NCBI GenBank assembly: GCA_036802895.1
Contig: DAIRVJ010000003.1
Span: forward strand, 1 to 51,540
DNA: 51,540 nucleotides
Direction of reading: 5' to 3'
Origin: Candidatus Nanopelagicales bacterium
Lineage (GTDB): Bacteria; Actinomycetota; Actinomycetes; Prado026
The notes beneath the pieces are model-generated. The model did no database searches and was not told the DNA's origin. It saw nothing but the letters and a program-made list of their open reading frames with translations. Every line of letters starts with the position of its first letter. Position 1 is the stretch's first letter. The position numbers were made by a program, and so were the translations under genes. Of this stretch, positions 41,868-51,540 are shown piece by piece.

Positions 41868-43062
41868 ATGAGCAAGATCCCGGTCTCGGGTACGGTCGTC
41901 GAGCTCGACGGCGACGAGATGACCCGCATCATCTGGCAGTTCATCAAGGACCAGCTGATCCTCCCGTACCTCGACCTGACCCTGGAGTACTACGACCTGG
42001 GGATCGAGCACCGGGACGCCACCGACGACCAGGTGACGATCGACGCCGCCCACGCGATCCAGCGGCACGGGGTCGGCGTGAAGTGCGCGACGATCACACC
42101 GGACGAGGCCCGGGTCGAGGAGTTCGGGCTGAAGAAGATGTGGCGGTCGCCGAACGGCACGGTCCGCAACATCCTCGGCGGCGTCATCTTCCGCGAGCCG
42201 ATCATCATCAGCAACATTCCCCGGCTGGTCCCCGGCTGGACCAAGCCGATCGTCGTCGGCCGTCACGCCTTCGGCGACCAGTACCGCGCCACCGACACCC
42301 TGATCCCCGGCGAAGGCACCCTCACCCTGACCTTCACCCCGAAGGACGGTTCGGCCCCGATGGAGCTCGAGGTCTACGAGTTCCCCGGTCCCGGTGTCGC
42401 GCTGGCCATGTACAACCTCGACGAGTCGATCCGCGACTTCGCGCGCGCCTCGATGCGCTACGGCCTGGCCCGTGAGTACCCGGTCTACCTGTCCACGAAG
42501 AACACGATCCTCAAGGCCTACGACGGCCGCTTCAAGGATCTGTTCGCCGAGGTCTTCGACGCCGAGTTCGAGGACGAGTTCGCCAGGGCCGGCCTCACCT
42601 ACGAGCACCGCCTGATCGACGACATGGTGGCCGCCGCCATGAAGTGGGAGGGCGGCTACGTCTGGGCCTGCAAGAACTACGACGGGGACGTGCAGTCCGA
42701 CACCGTGGCCCAGGGATTCGGGTCGCTGGGGCTGATGACCTCGGTGCTGATGACCCCCGACGGTCGCACGGTCGAGGCCGAGGCGGCGCACGGCACCGTG
42801 ACCCGGCACTACCGCGAGCACCAGGCCGGCCGCCCGACGTCCACCAACCCGATCGCCTCGATCTTCGCCTGGACGCGGGGCCTGGCCCACCGCGGCACGC
42901 TGGACGGGACACCGGCGGTCACCGCGTTCGCGCACACCCTCGAGCGGGTCTGCGTCGAGACGGTCGAGAGCGGGAAGATGACCAAGGACCTCGCGCAGCT
43001 GGTCGGCCCGGACCAGCCCTGGCTGACCACCCAGGAGTTCCTCGCCGCGATCGACGACAACC

Positions 43063-43088
<26 letters not shown>
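41868..43088 (+). CDS. icd: NADP-dependent isocitrate dehydrogenase (homodimeric, eukaryote-like type)
   Basis: [47 protein letters not shown] and NYDGDVQSD. Confidence 0.95.
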
Positions 43089-44246
<1,158 letters not shown>

Positions 44247-44250
<4 letters not shown>

Positions 44251-45335
44251 GGTGCGGCCTGGCGGAGCAGCTCGGCGGCCCGTTCGGGCGCGATGTCGTT
44301 GATGAACACCCCCATGCCGGACTCCGAGCCGGCCAGGTACTTCAGCTTGTCGGGGGCGCGGCGGCTGGAGAAGACCCGGAGGTGCAGGGCGGCGAGATCG
44401 CGGTCGGTGCGCACCGGGGCCTGGTGCCAGGCGGCGATGTACGGCATCGGCAGGCCGAAGAGCCGGTCGAACCGGCGCAGGACGTCCAGGTACAGGTCGG
44501 GGAACTCCGCGCGCTGCCCCTCCGACAGCGCCGGCAGGTCCGGGACCCGGCGGCGGGGGTACAGGTGCACCTCGAACGGCCACCGAGCCGCGGCCGGGAC
44601 GAACGCCGTCCACTCCGCCGTCTGCGCGACGATCCGGCTGGCCGCCGCCTCCTCCGCGGCCAGGACGTCGTCGAACAGGTCCCGGCCGGTCCGGTCGCGG
44701 TGGCGTCGGGCGGAGTCGAGCATCCGCCGGGTGACCGGGGTGACGAACGGGTAGCCGTAGATCTGCCCGTGCGGGTGGCTGAGCGTGACGCCGATCTCGG
44801 CGCCGCGGTTCTCGAAGGGGAAGACCTGCTCGACGCCCGGGACCAGGGAGAGCTCCTCGGTGCGGTCGATCCAGGCCTCCAGGACCGTCCGGACGCGTTG
44901 CGGGGTCAAGCCCGAGAACGACGTCGCGTGGTCGGCGGTGAAGCAGACGACCTCGCAGCGGCCGACGCCGGCTCGGCGTCCGACCAGGTCCACGTCGGGG
45001 TCGACCGTCGGCGGCACGCCGGGGGCGTCGGTGGCGAAGCTCGGGAAGCGGTTGGCGAACACCACGACGTCGTAGTCGCTCGACGGCACCTCGGTCGCCC
45101 GCTGGGGCGTCGAGGGGCACAGGGGGCACTCGTCGCTCGGCGGCAGGTGGGTGCGGGCCTGGCGGTGGGACGCGACGGCCACCCACTCGTCGAGCAGGAC
45201 GTCGTGGCGGATCTCGGTGGCCGTGGCGGTCGACGGCAGGTCCCTGGTGTCCACGAGCTGGCGCACCGCGTCGTCCGACTCGTCGAAGTAGATCAGCTCG
45301 CGCCCGTCGGCGAGCCTGGTCGCGGTCCGCTTCAC
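44247..45335 (-). CDS. galT: Galactose-1-phosphate uridylyltransferase
   Basis: A GTG at 45335 overlaps the deoR stop (GTGA). ECPLCP zinc motif and active-site SHPHGQIYGYPF. Confidence 0.92.
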
Positions 45336-46129
45336 GCCCCGGCCTTTCGGTTGCCCTCGGTGTCGGAGACGACCAGCCGCCCGACCAGCTCGGTGAGCAC
45401 CCGCCTGGCCTCGGCGGGCAGCCGCCGGTCGGTGACGAGCACGTCGACCTCGGCCAGCGACCCGAAGGACGAGAGGCCGACGACCCCCCACTTGGTGTGG
45501 TCGGCCACCACGACCAGCTGGCGGGCCGAGTCGATCAGCGCGCGGTTCGTCTCCGCCTCCATCAGGTTCGGGGTGGTGAGCCCTCGCTCCTGGTCCATGC
45601 CGTGGACGCCGAGGAAGAGCTGGTCCAGGTGCAGGGTCCGCAGGGTGCCGAGCGCGACCGGACCCACCAGGGCGTCCGACGGGGTGCGCACCCCGCCGGT
45701 GAGCACGACGGTCTGGTCCGGGCGGCCACCGGCGTGGAACACCTCGGCGACCGGGATCGAGTTGGTCACCACGGTCAGATCGGCGACGTCGAGGAGCCGG
45801 TGGGCCAGGGCCCACGTGGTCGTGCCCGCGGACAGACCCACCGCCGTCCCCGGCTCGACCAGGGCGGCCGCCGCCTGAGCGATGGCCTGCTTCTCGGCGC
45901 GTTCGCGACCGGACTTGGCCAGGAACCCCGGCTCGTCGGTGGCATGGTCGACGACCGCCGTCGCCCCGCCGTGGACCTTGTGCACCAGGCCGCTGCGCGC
46001 GAGGGCCTCGAGGTCACGGCGCACCGTCATGTCCGAGACGGACAGCAGCTCGACCAGGTCACCCACCCGGACCCCGCCGCGGCGGCGGATCTCGTCGAGG
46101 ATCCGTTGCTGGCGCTGAGGGGCGAGCAC
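45332..46129 (-). CDS. DeoR/GlpR-family transcriptional repressor
   Basis: QRQQRILDEIRRRGGVRVGDLVELLSVSDMTVRRDLEAL HTH plus a C-terminal sugar-phosphate sensor domain. GTG start 1 nt after the beta-galactosidase stop. Confidence 0.9.
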   Translation of the reverse strand: MLAPQRQQRILDEIRRRGGVRVGDLVELLSVSDMTVRRDLEALARSGLVHKVHGGATAVVDHATDEPGFLAKSGRERAEKQAIAQAAAALVEPGTAVGLSAGTTTWALAHRLLDVADLTVVTNSIPVAEVFHAGGRPDQTVVLTGGVRTPSDALVGPVALGTLRTLHLDQLFLGVHGMDQERGLTTPNLMEAETNRALIDSARQLVVVADHTKWGVVGLSSFGSLAEVDVLVTDRRLPAEARRVLTELVGRLVVSDTEGNRKAGA

Positions 46130-46130
46130 G

Positions 46131-48110
46131 TCAGCCGCTCTCGCGCAGGACGATCACGTCACCGGCCGCCACGGTGGCAGGCTGCCGGTCCACGCCGGTG
46201 AGCAGGTCGTGCCCGCCGACGGCGAGGGCGGCGTCCGTGCCGGTGTGGTTGATCACGAAGAGGTAGCCGACGCCGTCCGCGCCGCGCCGACGGACGGCCT
46301 CCACGCCCGGGGGGAGCCCCGGGACGACCGCCTGGACGCCGGCGGCGGTGGCCACCCGCGCGACCAGGCCGTGCAGCCCGGGGTCCTCGAGCACCGTGGC
46401 CAGGTACCAGGCGGTGCCGCGACGGGTCAGCGCAGGGCCGCCGCCGACCGGACCGTCGAGGAAGGTCGCCTCGACGTCGGCGGCATCGGCGTGGACCAGC
46501 TCGCTCCAGACCCGCCCGGTGGCGCCATCCGACAGCCGGACCGTCTCGCCGGCGCGCAGGGGGAAGAACTCCTCGACCCGGACGCCGAGCAGGTCGCGGA
46601 ACGCGCCCGGATAGCCGCCCAGCCGCACGTGGTCGTGCTCGTCGACGATCCCGCTGAAGGCCGTGATCAGGACGTGGGCGCCGTTCTCCGCAGCGGCCGC
46701 CAGACGCTCCGCGGCGGCATCCTCGACCAGATACAGCGTGGGGACGACGATCAGCCGGTACCCGGACAGGTCGGCGGTCGGCGGGACCAGGTCGGCGGTG
46801 ATCCCGGCCCGCCACAGCGCCCGGTGCACCCCTCGGGCGACGTCGGCGTAGCGCAGGTCGGCCGTGGGGTGGGCGTCCAGGTCGGCGGACCACCAGGCGG
46901 ACCAGTCGAAGAGGATCGCGGTCTGCGACTCGACCCGGCTGCCGCGGATCTCGCGGAGCGCGGCCAGGTCGGACCCGAGCCGGCAGACCTCGCGCCAGAC
47001 CTTGGTGTCGGTGCCGGCGTGCGGGACCAGCGCCGAGTGGAACTTCTCGGCGCCGCCGCGGGAGGCTCGCCACTGGAAGAACAGGGCGCCGTCCGAGCCG
47101 CGGGCGACGTGCGCCAGGCTGTTCCGGCGCAGCTGGCCCGGCTGCTTGGCGATGTTGCGCGGTTGCCAGTTCACGGCGCTGGTCGAGTGCTCCATGAGCA
47201 GCCAGGGCGCCCCTCCGGCAGCGCCCCGGGTCAGGTCGGCGCCCATCGCCAGGTCGATGTGGTTGTCGGGATCCTCGGCCCGCAGGTAGTGGTCGTTGGA
47301 GACCAGGTCCATCTCCGCGCCGATGGCGAACCCGTCGACGGGCTTGAACATCGGCAGCATGAGGTTGGTGGTCACCGGGATGTCCGGGGTGATTCGGCGG
47401 AGCACGTCGCGTTCGGCCCTGAAGGAGGCGACCTGCTCGTCGGAGGAGAACCTCCAGAAGTCCAGCTGTTGGGTCGGGTTGGCGAAGGTGGGCGTCAGCC
47501 GCGGCGGGAGGATCTCGGCCCAGTCGTGGTAGCGCTGCGACCAGAACGAGGTGGCCCACGCCTGGTTCAGCGTGTCCAGCCCGCCGTAGCGGTCGCGCAG
47601 CCAGCGGCGGAACGCCTCCGCGCTCACGTCGCAGTAGCAGTGCGCGTTGTGGCAGCCCAGCTCGTTGCTGACGTGCCACATCACCAGCGCCGGGTGCCGG
47701 GCGTATCGGCCGGCCACCTGCTCCACCAGGGCGACCTGTCGTGCGCGGAACACCGGCGAGCTGGGGCAGTACGCCTGGCGGGCGCCCGGCCACAGGGTGC
47801 GACCGTCGTGGTCGACGGGCAACGTCTCGGGATGCGCCCGGGCCAGCCAGGGTGGCGGTGAGGCCGTGGCGGTGGCCAGGTCGACGGCGATGCCGTTCGC
47901 GTGCAGGAGGTCGAGCACGTCGTCGAGCCAGCCGAACTCGTAGCGACCCTCGCTCGGCTCCAGCAGCGCCCAGGAGAAGATCCCCACGCTGACCAGCGAG
48001 ACTCCGGCCTCGCGCATCAGCGCGACGTCCTCGGTCCAGGTCTCCCGCGGCCACTGCTCGGGGTTGTAGTCACCGCCGAATGCCAGGCCGTCCAGCCGGA
48101 GCGCGGGCAT
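46131..48110 (-). CDS. GH42-family beta-galactosidase
   Basis: GGDYNPEQWP, MWHVSNELG (acid/base Glu context) and a length of about 660 aa are typical of GH42. Confidence 0.92.
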   Translation of the reverse strand: MPALRLDGLAFGGDYNPEQWPRETWTEDVALMREAGVSLVSVGIFSWALLEPSEGRYEFGWLDDVLDLLHANGIAVDLATATASPPPWLARAHPETLPVDHDGRTLWPGARQAYCPSSPVFRARQVALVEQVAGRYARHPALVMWHVSNELGCHNAHCYCDVSAEAFRRWLRDRYGGLDTLNQAWATSFWSQRYHDWAEILPPRLTPTFANPTQQLDFWRFSSDEQVASFRAERDVLRRITPDIPVTTNLMLPMFKPVDGFAIGAEMDLVSNDHYLRAEDPDNHIDLAMGADLTRGAAGGAPWLLMEHSTSAVNWQPRNIAKQPGQLRRNSLAHVARGSDGALFFQWRASRGGAEKFHSALVPHAGTDTKVWREVCRLGSDLAALREIRGSRVESQTAILFDWSAWWSADLDAHPTADLRYADVARGVHRALWRAGITADLVPPTADLSGYRLIVVPTLYLVEDAAAERLAAAAENGAHVLITAFSGIVDEHDHVRLGGYPGAFRDLLGVRVEEFFPLRAGETVRLSDGATGRVWSELVHADAADVEATFLDGPVGGGPALTRRGTAWYLATVLEDPGLHGLVARVATAAGVQAVVPGLPPGVEAVRRRGADGVGYLFVINHTGTDAALAVGGHDLLTGVDRQPATVAAGDVIVLRESG

Positions 48111-48331
48111 GGGGCCAAGCCTTGTGCATCAGTTGGTCGAAAGTCAACAGAATCGAACAGGCTCCTCACCCGCCGCTGACGGGAGCGTGCGGTCGGCCCC
48201 GTGGCCCTCGTGGTGGTCGCTTTCTTGGCGTTGTTACGAAATCGTTGCCTAACAGCACCTGTCCGGGGCAAGAACGCGGCCAGGGGCCCTTGACAGGCGG
48301 GTGACCGGCGCAGTCAGATGTGCTTGTTTCT

Positions 48332-48357
48332 GGTGACTCGCGTTCGAACGTGTCACC
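48332..48357. promoter_or_regulatory. Candidate operator: GGTGAC-N14-GTCACC enclosing palindrome CGTTCGAACG
   Basis: Read directly: arms at 48332-48337 and 48352-48357, with the 10-bp perfect palindrome at 48341-48350. It sits 26 nt upstream of the SBP start codon. TTGACA lies at 48290-48295 upstream. Confidence 0.3.
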
Positions 48358-48382
48358 CCGCCCTCGCGCAAGGAGGCTGTGC

Positions 48383-49720
48383 ATGGCCACGCAGTACGAG
48401 CAGTCCCCGGCTCCATCGAAGGTTGGCTTTTCGCTCTCCCGCCGGTCGCTGCTCGCGGGCATGGTGGGAGCGGCCGGGGTAGCCGCTGTTCCCGCCCTGG
48501 CCGCCTGCGGCTCGGACGACGACGGCGGCGGTGGGGCAAGCGGAGGCACCCAGAACAAGACCGTGACGTTCGGCTCGAACTACTCCGACCAGGTGCCCAA
48601 GGACGCCATCGCGGCGGTGTTCAAGGACTTCACCGCCAAGGACGGCATCGAGGTCAAGGTCAACACGGTCGACCACAACACCTTCCAGGAGCAGATCAAC
48701 AACTACCTGCAGGGTGCGGCCGACGACGTCTTCACCTGGTTCGCGGGCTACCGCATGCAGTTCTTCGCCTCCCAGGGGCTGGCGTCGGAGATCTCCGACG
48801 TGTGGGCGAAGGTGGGCGGCGACTACTCGGAGGCGCTCAAGGCGGCGTCGACCGGCGCAGACGGCAAGCAGTACTTCGTGCCCTTCTACTACTACCCGTG
48901 GGCCGTCTTCTACCGGAAGAGCGTGTTCGCGGCCAACGGATGGACCGCGCCGAAGACCCTCGCCGAGCTGAAGACGCTCGGCGCGGCGATGAAGGCCAAG
49001 GGCCTCGAGCCGATCGCCTTCGCCGACAAGGACGGCTGGCCGGCGATGGGCACCTTCGACATCCTCAACATGCGGATCAACGGCTACGACTTCCACGTCA
49101 ACCTGATGGCGGGCAAGGAGTCGTGGGAGGACGCGAAGGTCAAGGAGGTCTTCAAGACCTGGGCCGACCTGCTGCCGCTGCACCAGGCCGGCTCCCTCGG
49201 CCGCACGTGGCAGGAGGCCGCCCAGTCCCTCGGTCAGAAGAAGACCGGCATGTACCTGCTGGGCGCCTTCGTCGGCCAGCAGTTCAAGGGCGCCGACTAC
49301 GAGGACCTCGACTTCTTCGCCTTCCCGGAGATCAACCCGGAGTTCGGCACCGACTCCATCGACGCCCCGATCGACGGGTTCATGATGAGCAAGTCGCCGA
49401 AGAACCGGGCCGGCGGCGTCAAGCTGCTCGAGTACATGGCCAGCGCGGCGGCCCAGGAGAAGTACCTGGCGAACGACCCGAACAACATCGCAGCCTCGTC
49501 CAAGGCGTCCGACGCCAAGTACAACGCGCTGCAGAAGAAGTCCGCCGAGCTCATCGGCGCCAGCAAGCACATCGCGCAGTTCCTGGACCGCGACACCCGG
49601 CCCGACTTCGCGTCGACCGTGATGATCCCGGCGCTGCAGGACTTCATCAAGAACCCGAAGGACATCGACGGCCTCACGAAGAGCATCGAGAACCAGAAGA
49701 AGTCCATCTTCGCCGGGTGA
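48383..49720 (+). CDS. Sugar ABC transporter substrate-binding lipoprotein (CUT1 family)
   Basis: An AGGAGG RBS at 48371-48376. SRRSLLAGMVGAAGVAAVPALAAC is a Tat-like signal plus lipobox, followed by a family-1 SBP body. Confidence 0.9.
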   Translation: MATQYEQSPAPSKVGFSLSRRSLLAGMVGAAGVAAVPALAACGSDDDGGGGASGGTQNKTVTFGSNYSDQVPKDAIAAVFKDFTAKDGIEVKVNTVDHNTFQEQINNYLQGAADDVFTWFAGYRMQFFASQGLASEISDVWAKVGGDYSEALKAASTGADGKQYFVPFYYYPWAVFYRKSVFAANGWTAPKTLAELKTLGAAMKAKGLEPIAFADKDGWPAMGTFDILNMRINGYDFHVNLMAGKESWEDAKVKEVFKTWADLLPLHQAGSLGRTWQEAAQSLGQKKTGMYLLGAFVGQQFKGADYEDLDFFAFPEINPEFGTDSIDAPIDGFMMSKSPKNRAGGVKLLEYMASAAAQEKYLANDPNNIAASSKASDAKYNALQKKSAELIGASKHIAQFLDRDTRPDFASTVMIPALQDFIKNPKDIDGLTKSIENQKKSIFAG

Positions 49721-49749
49721 CCCCGCCGGCCACGGGAGCAGGGACGAGC

Positions 49750-50706
49750 ATGGCGCACGAGACCCAGGCAGAGACCCTCCCGCCGGCGGCGACAGAGCCT
49801 GGGGGCGCCCGCACGGGCGCCCCCAGGCCACGCCGGGTGCAGAGGCTGAGCCGCGGCGACAAGGTCGTCGTGTCCGTCATGGTGGTGATTCCGACCCTCC
49901 TGGTCATCGGGCTGGTCTGGCTGCCCGCCCTGGCGACGGTCGCGCTGTCGTTCACCCGATGGCAGGGCATCGGTGGTCTCGACACCATCGAGTGGATCGG
50001 TACCAAGAACTACACCGACGTCTTCACGATCTACCCGCCGTTCAAGCCGGCGATCCAGCACAACGTCATCTGGTTGCTCGTGCTGTTCTTCGTCGCCACC
50101 CCGTTCGGCATGTACCTCGCGGTCCTGGTGGACAAGGAGCTGAAGGGGAGCCGGTTCTACCAGACCGCGTTCTACCTGCCGGTCGTGCTGTCCCTGGCCC
50201 TGATCGGGTTCATCTGGCAGCTCATCTACTCCCGCGACCAGGGGCTGCTTAACGCCGCGCTCGGGACGAAGGTCGACTGGTACGGCGATCCGAAGGTCAG
50301 CCTCTGGGCGGTGCTGGTGGCGACCGCCTGGCGACATGCCGGCTACATCATGCTGCTGTACCTGGCCGGGCTGAAGGGCGTCGACCCGACGCTGCGCGAG
50401 GCCGCTGCGGTCGACGGCGCCACCGGGCGCCAGGCGTTCTTCAAAGTGGTCTTCCCGGTCATGCGGCCGATCAACATCATCATCCTGGTGGTGACGGTCA
50501 TCGAGTCGCTGCGTGCGTTCGACCTGGTCTGGGTCGTGAACAAGGGACGCAACGGGCTGGAGCTCATCTCCGCCCTGGTCACCGCCAACGTGGTCGGTGA
50601 GGCGAGCCGGATCGGCTTCGGCTCGGCGCTGGCCACGATCATGCTGCTGTTCTCCTCGGTCTTCATCGTCATCTACCTGCGTGTCGTCATGCGGGAGGAC
50701 TCGTGA
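49750..50706 (+). CDS. Sugar ABC transporter permease (MalF-like)
   Basis: Six TM segments and the EAA loop LREAAAVDGATGRQAFFKVVFPVMRP. Confidence 0.9.
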   Translation: MAHETQAETLPPAATEPGGARTGAPRPRRVQRLSRGDKVVVSVMVVIPTLLVIGLVWLPALATVALSFTRWQGIGGLDTIEWIGTKNYTDVFTIYPPFKPAIQHNVIWLLVLFFVATPFGMYLAVLVDKELKGSRFYQTAFYLPVVLSLALIGFIWQLIYSRDQGLLNAALGTKVDWYGDPKVSLWAVLVATAWRHAGYIMLLYLAGLKGVDPTLREAAAVDGATGRQAFFKVVFPVMRPINIIILVVTVIESLRAFDLVWVVNKGRNGLELISALVTANVVGEASRIGFGSALATIMLLFSSVFIVIYLRVVMREDS

Positions 50707-51540
50707 CCACGCTCAGCGAGGCATCGGTCCGCCCCCAGGTGGTCAAGCCGCCGGGCACCGTCGCCAAGCGCCGCCGGCTCATCGCGGTCCAGGTCTTCCT
50801 GACCGTCACCGCGCTGGTGTGGCTCTTCCCCGTGTTCTGGGCGGTCGTCAACTCCTTCAGGGACTACAACTACACGGCGGTCAACGGGTACGTGTCCCTG
50901 GGCGGGTTCACCCTGCAGAACTACACCAACGCCTGGGCTCAGGGCGACTTCACCAAGCACTTCATCAACTCGGCGATCATCACGATCCCGGCCGTCCTGG
51001 CGACCCTGTTCCTCGCGTCGTGCGTCGCCTTCGTCGTGGCCCGGTTCTCGTTCCGGTTCAACCTCGCCCTGCTCGGGGTCTTCACCGCGGCCAACCTGCT
51101 GCCGACGCAGGCGCTGCTGATCCCGATCTACCGGCTGTTCCAGCGGTGGCCGGTGCCCGAGTGGGTCAACTCCTCGGGGGTCATGCTCAACAGCCTGCTC
51201 GGGGTCATCCTGGTGAATGTGGCCTTCCAGACGGGCTTCTGCGCCTTCGTGCTCAGCAACTACATGAAGACGATCCCGCACGAGCTCTACGAGTCGGCGC
51301 AGGTCGACGGGGCCAGCGTGCTGCGTCAGTTCTTCCAGATGACGCTCCCGCTGTGCCGCCCGGCACTGGCCGCCCTCGGGGTGCTCGAGGTCACCTGGAT
51401 CTACAACGAGTTCTTCTGGGCGACCGTGCTGCTGCAGACGGGCGACAAGTTCCCGGTCACCAGCTCGCTGAACAACCTCAAGGGGCAGTTCTTCACCGAC
51501 TACAACCTGCTGTCGGCGGGCTCGGTCATCGTCGCCGTCC
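50703..51540 (+). CDS. Sugar ABC transporter permease (MalG-like), partial, runs off the right edge
   Basis: A GTG at 50703 overlaps the upstream stop (GTGA). My own translation is open to the window end and contains the EAA loop LYESAQVDGASVLRQFFQMTLPLCRP. It is absent from the ORF track because no stop is reached. Confidence 0.88.
   Translation, partial: MTTLSEASVRPQVVKPPGTVAKRRRLIAVQVFLTVTALVWLFPVFWAVVNSFRDYNYTAVNGYVSLGGFTLQNYTNAWAQGDFTKHFINSAIITIPAVLATLFLASCVAFVVARFSFRFNLALLGVFTAANLLPTQALLIPIYRLFQRWPVPEWVNSSGVMLNSLLGVILVNVAFQTGFCAFVLSNYMKTIPHELYESAQVDGASVLRQFFQMTLPLCRPALAALGVLEVTWIYNEFFWATVLLQTGDKFPVTSSLNNLKGQFFTDYNLLSAGSVIVAV

Noticed and set aside
48341-48350. LexA SOS box
   Set aside because: CGTTCGAACG superficially resembles the actinobacterial SOS box halves (TCGAAC-N4-GTTCGA). 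However, the half-sites are fused in the wrong orientation and spacing, and the context is a sugar-utilisation promoter.

Overview
This window looks like core chromosome from a very GC-rich actinobacterium, judged by eye from strong G/C third-position bias; GC was not computed. Gene density is about 90% and there are many 4-nt start/stop overlaps. I see no rRNA, tRNA, CRISPR array, transposase, integrase or phage genes.

Gene order matches several known actinobacterial synteny blocks:
- groES-groEL1-whiB3/whiD ... guaB-guaB3-choD, as in Mycobacterium and Streptomyces, here carrying a BldM-like response regulator.
- guaA next to a PspC-domain envelope-stress two-component module.
- pcrA/uvrD1 - M23 peptidase - sucCD - PerM-like membrane protein - purNH.
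- folD, mdh and icd.
- A galactoside locus: GH42 beta-galactosidase, DeoR, galT and galK, divergent from a CUT1 sugar ABC importer that runs off the right edge.

Most long ORFs in the six-frame track are antisense or out-of-frame artefacts of the high GC content.

I found no convincing novel multi-gene system such as a defence island or mobile element. The best leads are:
1. A MerR regulator with a CarH/LitR-type B12-photoreceptor signature, sitting between whiD and a bldM-like gene.
2. A triple 9-mer repeat (GACCCTGAG) in the divergent promoter of the PspC/LiaF-like three-component module.
3. An ABC exporter heterodimer in which one ATP site is degenerate on both contributing halves.
4. Two small secreted proteins of unknown function inserted into otherwise conserved synteny.

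All functional calls come from motif recognition and remembered synteny, not database searches.
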